A stretch of 64,000 nucleotides of DNA, from positions 1,843,293 to 1,907,292 of the forward strand of contig NZ_CP147020.1 in the NCBI RefSeq assembly GCF_037126435.1, written 5' to 3'. This document shows positions 40,716 to 50,868 of this stretch, piece after piece. Within the stretch, counting starts at the first letter, position 1, and every line of letters begins with the position of its first letter. The position numbers were made by a program, and so were the translations under genes. The stretch comes from Bernardetia sp. ABR2-2B (GTDB taxonomy: Bacteria; Bacteroidota; Bacteroidia; Cytophagales; Bernardetiaceae). A model generated the notes under the pieces. The model had not been told where the DNA came from, searched no databases, and saw nothing but the letters and a program-made list of their open reading frames with translations.

Positions 40716-40812
40716 AAAAAAGCCTTTCAAAAAATAAATTTTGAAAGGCTTTTTGATTATATAATGTATTGTTGGTGTCACTTTGCTAAAACACCAACAA
40801 CGGCATTTCAGA
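40716..40812. terminator. Two hairpins (aaagcctttcaaaa...ttttgaaaggcttt at 40716-40760; tgttggtgt...acaccaaca at 40773-40802) between higA and the 3' end of rpoC. The second resembles an R2 fragment (accaacaacggc).
   Basis: Inverted repeats read directly from the sequence. Confidence 0.45.
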
Positions 40813-40813
40813 A

Positions 40814-43800
40814 TTAACCTACTGTTTCAGTAGTTTCTTCTTCGTTTTCTGCTTCTAATGCTTCTAAACGCATTCTGTTTAATTGTGCTTCTGTACGAGT
40901 TGATTTTACATTTTCATCAGATAATGTATCTTCAAGTTTGTCATACGTTTTCTCATCATAAACGATAAGGTCTTCGTACTTACGCAACCCTGTACCTGCA
41001 GGAATAAGGTGTCCTACAATTACATTTTCTTTAAGACCGTTTAAGTCATCAGATTTACCACGTATAGAGGCTTCACTTAATACTTTTGTAGTCTCTTGGA
41101 AAGAAGCTGCTGACATGAAACTCTTCGTACCCAAAGATGCCTGTGTGATACCACGCAGAGTAGGCTTAGAAACTGCTGGTTGTGCTTCACGCACTTTAGC
41201 AATTTTCATATCCTTACGACGCAGACTAGAATTTTCATCTCTAAGCTCACGAGCCGTAATAATCATACCTACTTTTAGTTTGGTAGATTCTCCTACATCA
41301 GTAACGATTTTCTTATCCATAAATGAATCATTTTCTGCACGAACATCAAATTTATCTACAATTTGATTCGGCAGTAATGAAGTATCTCCCGGATCGATAA
41401 TCTCTACTTTCTGCATCATTTGGCGAACGATTACCTCAATATGCTTATCATTGATTTTTACACCCTGTAAGCGATAAACATCTTGAATTTCGTTAGTCAA
41501 ATATTCTTGAACTGCTGTTGGTCCTTTAATAGAAAGAATATCGGCTGGTGTAATTGCACCATCTGAAAGTGGCATACCTGCTTTTACAAAATCTTTCTCC
41601 TGTACGAGAATGTGTTTAGAAAGCTGAACCATATATTTCTTAATGATACCGTCTTTCTTAGATTCTACAAAAATTTCTCTGTTACCACGTTTGATTCCTC
41701 CGTAACTTACAATACCATCAATTTCTGATACTACTGCTGGGTTGGAAGGATTACGTGCTTCAAAAAGTTCTGTTACACGTGGAAGACCACCTGTAATATC
41801 TCTACTCTTCGAAACTGAACGAGGAATTTTCACTAAAATCTGACCTGCTTTTACTTGTTCTCCTTCTTCAATAGAAAGATATGCTCCAGCAGGAACATTA
41901 CTACTTGCAGATTCGCCTTTTGCATTTACGACAGTCAGCGTAGGATTTCGTGTCTTGTCTCTACTTTCAATAATGATTTTCTGACGGTGTCCTGTCTGCT
42001 CATCAGATTCTTCTTTATAAGTAATGCCTTCATCGATTCCTTCAAAATTCACTGTTCCATCATATTGAGAAAGGATAACAGCATTAAAAGGATCAAAGTT
42101 GTATAAAGCATCGTTCTTTTTGACCATCTGACCATCTTTAACAGTCAAGAATGAACCATAAGGAACATTGAGAGAAGCTAATACTTTAGAATTATTATCA
42201 GCATCTACAATTCGTAATTCACCATAACGTGACATAACTGCTTTTGCTTTCTTGCCTTCTTCATCAAGCGTGTCTATTGTCTGAACATCTTCTAAAATAA
42301 CCTTTCCATCTTTCTTAGCCTTAATAATAGGTTCAGCAGAAATGTTAGAAGCCGTACCACCAACGTGGAAAGTACGAAGTGTAAGCTGTGTACCTGGCTC
42401 TCCAATAGATTGAGCAGCAATTACACCAACTGACTCACCTTGCTGTACTAATTTTCCAGAGGCAAGATTTCGTCCATAACACATGGCACAAACACCTACA
42501 CGAGTTTCACAAGTAAGTACAGAACGTATATCTACTGCTTCTACACCTGCTTCTTCGGCACGTTTGGCTGCAACTTCATCTATTAGTTCGCCAGATTCAA
42601 TAAGAACTAGCTCTTCATTTTCTGGATGGAAAACATCTTGCAATGATATTCTACCCAAAATACGGTCAGAAATCGGTTCGATAGTTTCTTCTTGTTCTTT
42701 TAGAGCCGTTACTGTCAGTCCACGTAAAGTTCCACAATCAGTTTCATTTACGATAATATCTTGAGCAACATCTACCAAACGACGAGTAAGATAACCAGCA
42801 TCGGCAGTTTTAAGAGCAGTATCTGCAAGACCTTTCCTAGCACCGTGTGTAGAGATAAAGTATTCCAAAACGTCTAATCCTTCTTTAAAGTTAGAAAGAA
42901 TAGGGTTTTCGATGATTTCTCCTACCGAACCTTGTAAGTTCTTTTGAGGTTTAGCCATCAGACCACGCATACCACCTAATTGACGGATTTGTTCACGAGA
43001 ACCACGTGCGCCAGAGTGCATCATCATATAAATAGAATTAAATCCTTGTTCGTCAGTTTCTAACTGCTCCATCAATTCATCTGTAATTCTACGGTTTACT
43101 TTTGTCCAAATATCAATTACTTGGTTGTAACGTTCGTTATCAGTGATAAGACCCATAAAGTAGTTTTGAGTAATCGCTGCTACTTCGTCTTTAGCTTCTT
43201 GAACTAAACGCTCTTTATTTTCCGGAACTGGAATATTATTGATACCAATAGAAAGACCACCTCGGTAAGCTTGGTCGAAACCTAAAAATTTAATCTCATC
43301 TAAGAATTCGGCAGTACGAGCCATACCGACTTGCTTAACAATTTTAGAGATTACTTTTGTAAGTGTCTTTTTACTTAAAAGCTCATCAATATAACCAGCT
43401 TCTTCAGGAACACATTTATTAAATAAAACACGTCCTGCAACTGTTTCAATAGTTTTGTATTCTAATTCGCCAGTTTCTTCATTCAATACTTTTGTACGAA
43501 CGAAAATATAAGCGTGTTTAGAAATAGATTTATGATTGAGAGCCATGACTACTTCCTCTTCCGAGTAGAATCTCATGCCTTCTCCTTCAATTTTCAATTC
43601 TGGAATACTTCTTCTTCCTTTTGTCAAGAAATAAAGACCCAAAACCATATCCTGTGAAGGTACAGTAATCGGGCTTCCACTTGCAGGAGAAAGAATATTA
43701 TGAGAAGCAAGCATTAATAGAGAGGCTTCCAAAACAGCTTCTTGTCCTAGAGGGACGTGAACAGCCATTTGGTCACCATCAAAATCGGCGTTGAATGCCG

Positions 43801-45214
43801 TACAAACTAATGGGTGCAACTGAATTGCTTTTCCTTCAATAAGTTTTGGTTGGAAGGCTTGAATACCCAAACGGTGCAAAGTAGGCGCACGGTTGAGCAG
43901 AACAGGATGTCCTTTCAATACATTTTCCAAAATATCCCAAATTACTGGGTCTTTTCTATCAACAATTTTCTTCGCTGATTTTACAGTCTTGACGATACCA
44001 CGCTCAATAAGTTTGCGAATTACAAATGGCTTAAATAGCTCGGCAGCCATATTTTTAGGAAGACCACACTCATGAAGTTTGAGTTCTGGACCTACCACGA
44101 TTACCGAACGACCCGAGTAATCAACACGCTTACCCAAAAGGTTTTGACGGAAACGTCCTTGTTTACCTTTGAGCATATCTGAAAGTGATTTTAAGGCACG
44201 ATTACCATCACCACGAACAGCATTTACTTTACGAGAGTTATCGAAAAGAGAATCAACAGCTTCTTGAAGCATACGTTTTTCATTACGTAAAATTACTTCA
44301 GGAGCTTTAATATCTATAAGTCTTTTTAGACGGTTGTTACGAATAATAACACGACGGTATAAATCATTCAAATCCGAAGTTGCGAAACGTCCACCATCAA
44401 GGGGAACTAAAGGACGCAATTCTGGTGGAATGACAGGAACCATTTTGATAACCATCCAAGATGGCTCATTCGGAACATTTCTAGATTTGGCATCACGGAA
44501 TGCTTCCACTACACGCAAACGTTTCAAGGCTTCTGCCTTACGTTGTTGTGAAGTTTCGTTCATTGCTGCTGCACGTAAATCATACGAAAGCTGATCTAAA
44601 TCTAATCTAATTGGGTCAAGAAGCATAACAATTGCTTCTGCTCCCATTCTTGCTATGAATTTTGTAGGGTCAGAGTCATCTTTTTGCTGTTCTTCACGAG
44701 GTAATTTGTCCATAATGTCCAAATACTCGTCTTCTGTCAAAAAGTCTAAACGCTGCAATCCTTCATCTTCCATAGAACCAGGCTGTACTACGGCATAACG
44801 CTCGTAATAAATAATCTGGTCTAATTTTTTGGTTGGCAAACCGAGCAAATAACCTATTTTATTAGGCAATGAACGGAAATACCATATATGCGCCACAGGA
44901 ACAACAAGTTGAATGTGTCCCATGCGCTCACGACGGACTTTCTTTTCCGTTACTTCTACGCCACAACGGTCGCAGATGATTCCTTTATAGCGAATACGCT
45001 TGTACTTACCACAATGACACTCCCAATCTTTTACAGGTCCGAAGATACGCTCACAGAAAAGACCTCCCATTTCGGGTTTGTAGGTACGATAATTTATCGT
45101 TTCTGGTTGAGTAACTTCTCCGAACGAACTATTAAGAATAGATTCTGGAGATGCCAAGCTGATAGTGATTCGCTTGAAATCGTTTTTTAACTTTCTGTTC
45201 TTTTGGAACGACAT
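40814..45214 (-). CDS. rpoC: DNA-directed RNA polymerase subunit beta prime.
   Basis: 1466-aa ORF with a canonical N-terminus ([36 protein letters not shown]) and the NADFDGDQM catalytic motif. Confidence 0.95.
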   Translation of the reverse strand: MSFQKNRKLKNDFKRITISLASPESILNSSFGEVTQPETINYRTYKPEMGGLFCERIFGPVKDWECHCGKYKRIRYKGIICDRCGVEVTEKKVRRERMGHIQLVVPVAHIWYFRSLPNKIGYLLGLPTKKLDQIIYYERYAVVQPGSMEDEGLQRLDFLTEDEYLDIMDKLPREEQQKDDSDPTKFIARMGAEAIVMLLDPIRLDLDQLSYDLRAAAMNETSQQRKAEALKRLRVVEAFRDAKSRNVPNEPSWMVIKMVPVIPPELRPLVPLDGGRFATSDLNDLYRRVIIRNNRLKRLIDIKAPEVILRNEKRMLQEAVDSLFDNSRKVNAVRGDGNRALKSLSDMLKGKQGRFRQNLLGKRVDYSGRSVIVVGPELKLHECGLPKNMAAELFKPFVIRKLIERGIVKTVKSAKKIVDRKDPVIWDILENVLKGHPVLLNRAPTLHRLGIQAFQPKLIEGKAIQLHPLVCTAFNADFDGDQMAVHVPLGQEAVLEASLLMLASHNILSPASGSPITVPSQDMVLGLYFLTKGRRSIPELKIEGEGMRFYSEEEVVMALNHKSISKHAYIFVRTKVLNEETGELEYKTIETVAGRVLFNKCVPEEAGYIDELLSKKTLTKVISKIVKQVGMARTAEFLDEIKFLGFDQAYRGGLSIGINNIPVPENKERLVQEAKDEVAAITQNYFMGLITDNERYNQVIDIWTKVNRRITDELMEQLETDEQGFNSIYMMMHSGARGSREQIRQLGGMRGLMAKPQKNLQGSVGEIIENPILSNFKEGLDVLEYFISTHGARKGLADTALKTADAGYLTRRLVDVAQDIIVNETDCGTLRGLTVTALKEQEETIEPISDRILGRISLQDVFHPENEELVLIESGELIDEVAAKRAEEAGVEAVDIRSVLTCETRVGVCAMCYGRNLASGKLVQQGESVGVIAAQSIGEPGTQLTLRTFHVGGTASNISAEPIIKAKKDGKVILEDVQTIDTLDEEGKKAKAVMSRYGELRIVDADNNSKVLASLNVPYGSFLTVKDGQMVKKNDALYNFDPFNAVILSQYDGTVNFEGIDEGITYKEESDEQTGHRQKIIIESRDKTRNPTLTVVNAKGESASSNVPAGAYLSIEEGEQVKAGQILVKIPRSVSKSRDITGGLPRVTELFEARNPSNPAVVSEIDGIVSYGGIKRGNREIFVESKKDGIIKKYMVQLSKHILVQEKDFVKAGMPLSDGAITPADILSIKGPTAVQEYLTNEIQDVYRLQGVKINDKHIEVIVRQMMQKVEIIDPGDTSLLPNQIVDKFDVRAENDSFMDKKIVTDVGESTKLKVGMIITARELRDENSSLRRKDMKIAKVREAQPAVSKPTLRGITQASLGTKSFMSAASFQETTKVLSEASIRGKSDDLNGLKENVIVGHLIPAGTGLRKYEDLIVYDEKTYDKLEDTLSDENVKSTRTEAQLNRMRLEALEAENEEETTETVG

Positions 45215-45414
45215 GGGCGATGCAGTTTTGATTTTGGAGTAACAATCTACAAAGTTAGGAAAAAAAATTGAAAATTCCTTTTTTTATATGAAATATTTTT
45301 GTAGGTAATAGATTTTTGTTTTACGGTACAAGATTGAGTAAAAGGCAGATTTTTATTTTCAAGTAAATACAAAATATTTACTTAGTTGTTGGGCTTAGTT
45401 TGTAACTAAGAACT

Positions 45415-45586
45415 ATCAATTATATATCTTCAAATTTATGTGGTCAAGTAATTACAAAAATACTTACTTGACTTGCAAATCTAAGATTTAGCTACGCTGA
45501 CTTAAAAGTTGCTGAAATGATAGGTCGTAGTCATAAACAACGCTTAGCAATTTTTCTCTAGTTTTTTTGAACACTACGTCCATCTG
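45415..45586 (+). repeat. R1 repeat copy (full length, ~150 bp).
   Basis: About 88% identical to the copy at 45950-46106. It contains taattacaaaaatact, the aaatctaagattt palindrome, gataggtcgtagtcat and ggaacactacg. Confidence 0.85.
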
Positions 45587-45663
45587 GGAGGCTTAAAAAC
45601 TAGACAAAAAAAATGTCTGACGCATGACACGCCAAACATTAAACAAATGATAAATTTTATTTT

Positions 45664-45826
45664 AGTAAGCTAGTAGATTGAAGTCCAAATCTAAGTCTTC
45701 GGCATACTCTTCGCCACTTTCGCCTCCGATAATTTTGCTAGAATCTTGAATTTTCATTTTCTCAAATTTCTTAATTTCAACTTTCTCACTTTTTACAGAA
45801 GTAAAAAAACTTTTTAACTTTTTCAT
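45664..45826 (-). CDS. Small ORF (54 aa) with an acidic C-terminus, flanked by direct R1 repeats.
   Basis: MKKLKSFFTSVKSEKVEIKKFEKMKIQDSSKIIGGESGEEYAEDLDLDFNLLAY. Not in the ORF track (below 60 aa). Confidence 0.3.
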
Positions 45827-45949
45827 AAATTCAAATTTTAATTAGTAATAAAAATCAAATATACTCAAAATCAGTCACTTAACAAGTGAAAGATTACTTT
45901 AATATTTTCATGATATTCCTTTTCAAAAGATTTATTTATAATAATATCA

Positions 45950-46106
45950 GTTATATAAACCTTCAAATTTATGTTGTCAAGTAATTACAAAACTACCTAC
46001 TTGACCTGTAAATCTAAGATTAGCTACGCTGACTTAAAAGTTGCTGAAATGATAAATCATAGTCATAGACAACGCTTAACTGATAATTTTTGGGAACACT
46101 AATAGG
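45950..46106 (+). repeat. R1 repeat copy, a direct repeat of 45415-45586.
   Basis: Sequence alignment by eye, about 88% identity. Confidence 0.85.
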
Positions 46107-46115
46107 AATGGAGTA

Positions 46116-46547
46116 TTATTTAAAAAAAGGGTTAGCAGTTATAGCAAAATAACTTGCTGTTATAGAAGGTAATTCATTTCCTGCATAAGAATAAACGCTA
46201 CCATATACCCATATAAGTATATCAGATTCTGAATTATCACTATTATAAACAGCAACTATCCATTTATTAGAAGAAATATTTTTCATTTTTAAATACCCTC
46301 CTTTCTTTTTTGTGTAAACTTCACCCACATATAAAAGTAATCCCATAAGATTACTGTATGTACTTTCTTTAGAAATTTCATTGCCAATTAAAAAATTGTC
46401 AATATAGTAAAGACTTTCTTCGCTATAATCCATTTTCTCACTAGACAGTCCTATATTTTTTATTGTATGCTTGATTAAATCATTTTTATGCTCTAGTAGT
46501 TTGCTACCATAAACATTTATATCTGCTAAAACATGTGAGTTTCTCAT
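46116..46547 (-). CDS. Hypothetical protein (ORFan).
   Basis: 143-aa ORF with no motif I recognise. Confidence 0.35.
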   Translation of the reverse strand: MRNSHVLADINVYGSKLLEHKNDLIKHTIKNIGLSSEKMDYSEESLYYIDNFLIGNEISKESTYSNLMGLLLYVGEVYTKKKGGYLKMKNISSNKWIVAVYNSDNSESDILIWVYGSVYSYAGNELPSITASYFAITANPFFK

Positions 46548-46699
46548 TTCCTTTGTGGTTTTACAATTAAAAATAAGAAATATAACAAAAAATAAAAAAT
46601 TTCTTTATAAACATTGAAATAGAGTATTTTAGTATTTATTGAACTGAAAAATCAAGTAAAGTAGGTTCAAAATTAGAGTTTGTTTTTGCATCTATTTTA

Positions 46700-46760
46700 A
46701 TCACAACTATTGGACGTTGTCTTTAGCGCAGCGAACGACCTATCAATTTTACAAGTCTTC
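46700..46760 (-). repeat. R1 repeat fragment in reverse orientation (ttggacgttgtctttagcgcagcgaacgacctatcaa...caagtcttcagacttaaac).
   Basis: The reverse complement matches the R1 core including the caagtcttcagacttg palindrome. Confidence 0.75.
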
Positions 46761-46838
46761 AGACTTAAACTAAAAACTCAAATATATTAAATAGGCAGTG
46801 TTTTCATATTCTTTTGGCGAAATGCTACAATAAAAAAA

Positions 46839-49781
46839 CTAAAACCTAGTTACAAATTCAATTATAGTTTCTAAAATCTGTTTTCCTTCATTCAATTCTA
46901 CTTTGTTTTTTCTCAAAAATTTTAAAGTAATTCCGAAAAGTGAAGCTTGATTCACTTCAAACTCTTTTACTTTATCAAAATCTAGTTCTGTTTCTGAATG
47001 TAGAAAAGTGGTTTTGTCGTACCAGATTTTACTTTCCTTCTCAAACCAAATTTTAACTATTTTTTTAGTCTTTACTTTTTTGGTTTCTTCTTCAAAAAGT
47101 TCTACAACTTCAAATTCAATTTTGCTTTTAGATTCCTTCAAAAACTTCTGTAACAAAAACTCTCCTTTGTTGGCAAAATGATGGAAATCTTTATAAATAG
47201 GAACTCTAGGAACTTCATGTTTTAGCTCTTCTTTATATTTATGTTTGAATATATCACGCTGCCAAACAGCAAAAATATAACCCAAGATAAGCTCATTTGT
47301 CATATTCTCTTCTGTCGGAACTACAAAATTTTCAGCTTCTTCTTTTTCTAGCTTTTGCCAATAATTTTCTATAAAATCAATCGCATTTTCTCCACTTCTA
47401 AAATATTTTTTCAATACTTCAAAGCTTTCTTTATTTCGTGCAGCTTTATTTTCTAACCTTTCAAAAGTTCGTTTTGCATTCTTAAAAACCTTTATGATTT
47501 GCTCAAACTGTATGTAAGTATTCGTTTCTGGCTGGTGCAGATTTTCTAGTAGTTCTTTAGTCATCTTGAACTCATCTTTATCTACGATATTTGACAAAGC
47601 TCTCAACTCAAAAGCCAGTTCTTGATTCACTTGCAAAAACTCAAAATCAGATAAATCAAAAAGAAAACTCAAAGATTGTTCTACTTTTTCGATTCTTTTT
47701 TCAAATGCTGCTGCATATCCTCTTCGAAACTTAGAGAGTATATTCTTTGAGAAGTTTATTCTTTTTCTTGTTTTATTTCCTTCAACTTTATCATAAATAT
47801 AAAAAGGAAAAATATAAGCATTTGGTAAAATTTCATTTAAAAAACTAGGAGGAACAGGCTTATTAGTTGCCCAAATTTCGCCTCCATTTGACGTATTTGT
47901 CCAAAAAACCAAGATATTTTCGCCTTGTTTTCGATTTGGAAAAATTTTATCTAAGTCGTAAAACTCTTCAAAAACTGATTTTTCATAATACCAAAAACCA
48001 TTTTTAAAAACAGAAACCTGCGTTTCGATTAAATTTTTCTCATTAAATTCTAATGGTTTATTTACTATTTTTTGATTTATTTTTCCTTCAACTTTTCCCT
48101 CAATTATTTTTATAGTATCCTTTTCAAAAAGTGTATTTGCTGCTAGTTTGGAGACTAAAACGTTTTTCTTTTTTTCTAACTTATCCTTAACTTTTTCTTC
48201 TGACTTTTCAATTTGTTGATTATAATTTTGAAGAAATATTTTTACTTTGTTTTTCAAATTATTTTTAGAATAATTATCTGAATTTGGTTCAATGAAATTT
48301 TCTATTTTTTGTGTTGGAACGGCTCTAAAATAGGTTTTAAAAATAGCATTTTTATTTCCTTTTAAATTATCAGAACCAGCAGCAGGGATAAGTTTGTGAT
48401 ACTCTGACAAAACTGGTTTCGGTTTCCATGTATTTTGAATAAAATGATTTGAAAAATTGACAACATCTTTATTTAGATTCGAATAAAAAACTCCTTTTTC
48501 TAATGCTGTATTTTTATGAAAAATAATTGCTAAACCTTTCTCATTTTTTTCTTGATTTTCATAAATTTCAATTCTCTCAAACCACTCTTGCAACAAACGA
48601 CGAAAAGAAGACAATGATTTTTTTTCTAGTATATTTTTCTGATTTTCATTTAATAAAACTATCAAAACTCCATTCTCTGAAAGTGATTTAAAGTTATTTT
48701 GAATAGAATTGAAAAGCTGCTTTTCTGTCTTATTTAAGGATTGAAAAAGCAAATTTACTTTTGTAGAAATAAGATTATGTTTATCAACATCTAAAACAAT
48801 TAAATCATAATTTGATTCAGAGTTTATTTTATTTACTGATTCAGAATTTTTAGAAAGTCCAAAAATTCCCACTTGTGAAATTATTTTTTTGGCTGCAAAA
48901 GCAAACTGTGAAGTTTCATTTTGAGTAGAAAAAACCAAAAGCAAATCGGCAAAACTTTCAAATGTTCCGAAAAGATTTTTTTTCTTAAATTCTTGATTTT
49001 CAGTATTTAACTCTAATGATTTCAAGATTGTAGTATCATTCATCCAAATCTTTTTGTTTTTAGATTTGATTTCATTTATTTTTTGTTGAATAATGGGAAT
49101 AAAATCCAAACTAAAGCTATCATTTTGCTTCAAAAACTTATTCAAAATTCCATATAACAGACCTTCACTTTCCTTTATTTTATACTTTTGAGAAAAATCG
49201 TTTACGAACTTTTCTATTTCAAAATAAGACGAAGGAATTTCGTTTTTGTGGGAGTTGTTTAAAAACAAACGTAATGATTTAAGAATTTCATTTCTCTGAA
49301 AAAACGACTTTTTAAAATTACTTTGTTCATACATTGTTTGCCAAAACTCAAAAATAGCAATCCATTCAGAAAGTAAATAAATTGAATGTCCACCTTCTTC
49401 CAAAAGCTGAATAATAGGTTGTAACTCTTCTTTTTGAGCTACTGAAAAACCCTTTCGAAACTGATGTTGAATTTCTTTTTTTCTTCTTATAAAATCTGCT
49501 TTAGCTTGTTCTGAAAGTAGTTTTTCTTTTTGACAAAATTCTTTTTGTAGGTTATTTAGTTCTTCTAAAAACTGTATTACAGCCTCATTAAGTTGCTTAT
49601 AATCAGCGATTAAAATAGACTTTTCTTGAATCGAAGTAATTTTTAATTTATCCTTTTCTACTTCTATTTTTGCCCAAATTACTTCGTTTTCATCCCAAAG
49701 TTGAAACTGCAGAGCCGAAAACTGCACTAGTTTTAGTGCAGGAAAATATTTTTTAAAAAAAGATAAAAGAGAAATCTCCAT
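46839..49781 (-). CDS. Large lysine-rich hypothetical protein (980 aa) of unknown function. It is not rpoB.
   Basis: Long uninterrupted ORF with no catalytic motif I recognise. A possible weak Rossmann-like stretch (QVGIFGLS...YDLIVLDVD...GVLIVLLNE) is not convincing. Confidence 0.45.
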   Translation of the reverse strand: MEISLLSFFKKYFPALKLVQFSALQFQLWDENEVIWAKIEVEKDKLKITSIQEKSILIADYKQLNEAVIQFLEELNNLQKEFCQKEKLLSEQAKADFIRRKKEIQHQFRKGFSVAQKEELQPIIQLLEEGGHSIYLLSEWIAIFEFWQTMYEQSNFKKSFFQRNEILKSLRLFLNNSHKNEIPSSYFEIEKFVNDFSQKYKIKESEGLLYGILNKFLKQNDSFSLDFIPIIQQKINEIKSKNKKIWMNDTTILKSLELNTENQEFKKKNLFGTFESFADLLLVFSTQNETSQFAFAAKKIISQVGIFGLSKNSESVNKINSESNYDLIVLDVDKHNLISTKVNLLFQSLNKTEKQLFNSIQNNFKSLSENGVLIVLLNENQKNILEKKSLSSFRRLLQEWFERIEIYENQEKNEKGLAIIFHKNTALEKGVFYSNLNKDVVNFSNHFIQNTWKPKPVLSEYHKLIPAAGSDNLKGNKNAIFKTYFRAVPTQKIENFIEPNSDNYSKNNLKNKVKIFLQNYNQQIEKSEEKVKDKLEKKKNVLVSKLAANTLFEKDTIKIIEGKVEGKINQKIVNKPLEFNEKNLIETQVSVFKNGFWYYEKSVFEEFYDLDKIFPNRKQGENILVFWTNTSNGGEIWATNKPVPPSFLNEILPNAYIFPFYIYDKVEGNKTRKRINFSKNILSKFRRGYAAAFEKRIEKVEQSLSFLFDLSDFEFLQVNQELAFELRALSNIVDKDEFKMTKELLENLHQPETNTYIQFEQIIKVFKNAKRTFERLENKAARNKESFEVLKKYFRSGENAIDFIENYWQKLEKEEAENFVVPTEENMTNELILGYIFAVWQRDIFKHKYKEELKHEVPRVPIYKDFHHFANKGEFLLQKFLKESKSKIEFEVVELFEEETKKVKTKKIVKIWFEKESKIWYDKTTFLHSETELDFDKVKEFEVNQASLFGITLKFLRKNKVELNEGKQILETIIEFVTRF

Positions 49782-49998
49782 TGTTAAAGATATAATTTTT
49801 CAGAATTACTATTGAAGCTTCGAAAATATTTGATTTGTTAAATCTTAAAACAAAAATACGTTTTTTTTCTTATTACTGTCTATTTGTCAGTCGTCTAAAC
49901 AACGGCTTTATTTTAGCAAAAATTTTTGTAAGTTAAGCTAAACTGCTAATAAAATACTGAAATAATTCACTTATACATTATACAAAAACCATTTTTAT

Positions 49999-50694
49999 AT
50001 GTTTGACCCAAAGAAGTTTCACAATACCGAATTTTATAAACACGCTCACAAACATCAAGGCGTTCCTACTACGACATTAGAAGGATATGCAAAACAAAGC
50101 ATCACAAACTTTACTCCTTATATTATCGAAGAGCGTCAGCTTAATGTTGCTCAAATGGATGTTTTTTCTCGTTTGATGATGGACAGAATTATCTTTTTGG
50201 GAGTTCCTATTGACGACCAAGTTGCAAATATCGTAACGGCTCAACTTCTATTTTTAGAATCTGCTGACCACGAAAAAGATGTTTTGATGTACTTAAATAG
50301 CCCTGGTGGTTCTGTGTATGCAGGTTTAGGTATTTATGACACAATGCAATATATTCGTCCTGATGTAGCTACACTTTGTACTGGTTTGGCTGCTTCTATG
50401 GGTGCAGTTTTATTGACGGCTGGAGAAAAAGGCAAACGTACAGCACTTCCTCACGCTCGTGTAATGATTCACCAACCATTAGGAGGTATTCAAGGACAGG
50501 CATCTGATATTGAGATTACAGCAAAACAAATTTTGATAGTTAAGAAAGAATTAACACAAATTTTGGCTGACCAGTCTGGACAAGATTACGAAACAGTTGA
50601 AAGAGATTGCGACCGTGATTATTGGATGATTGCACCAGAAGCAAAAGAATACGGCTTGATTGATGAAGTTTTAGAGCGCAAGAAACAAGACTAA
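49999..50694 (+). CDS. clpP: ATP-dependent Clp protease proteolytic subunit.
   Basis: 231-aa ORF with the catalytic Ser region ([15 protein letters not shown]) and the His motif (MIHQPLGG). Confidence 0.9.
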   Translation: MFDPKKFHNTEFYKHAHKHQGVPTTTLEGYAKQSITNFTPYIIEERQLNVAQMDVFSRLMMDRIIFLGVPIDDQVANIVTAQLLFLESADHEKDVLMYLNSPGGSVYAGLGIYDTMQYIRPDVATLCTGLAASMGAVLLTAGEKGKRTALPHARVMIHQPLGGIQGQASDIEITAKQILIVKKELTQILADQSGQDYETVERDCDRDYWMIAPEAKEYGLIDEVLERKKQD

Positions 50695-50868
50695 TCTTTA
50701 ATTATAATTAAAAGATTTAAAAGGCATTATATTCTATTTTTAGAGTATAGTGCTTTTTTGCTTTACAAGAATTTTATTTAGACTGTTTTTTAAACAAAAC
50801 TCTCCAAAAATTAGTAGTATTTTTAAAAAGCAAAACACTAAAAAATATTCAGAAACATACTTTTAATT

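Noticed and set aside
46839-49781. Could the 980-aa ORF upstream of rpoC be a divergent rpoB?
   Set aside because: It lacks every conserved RpoB block, it is too short (rpoB is ~1270 aa), and it is K/N-rich low-complexity. It is not an RNA polymerase subunit.
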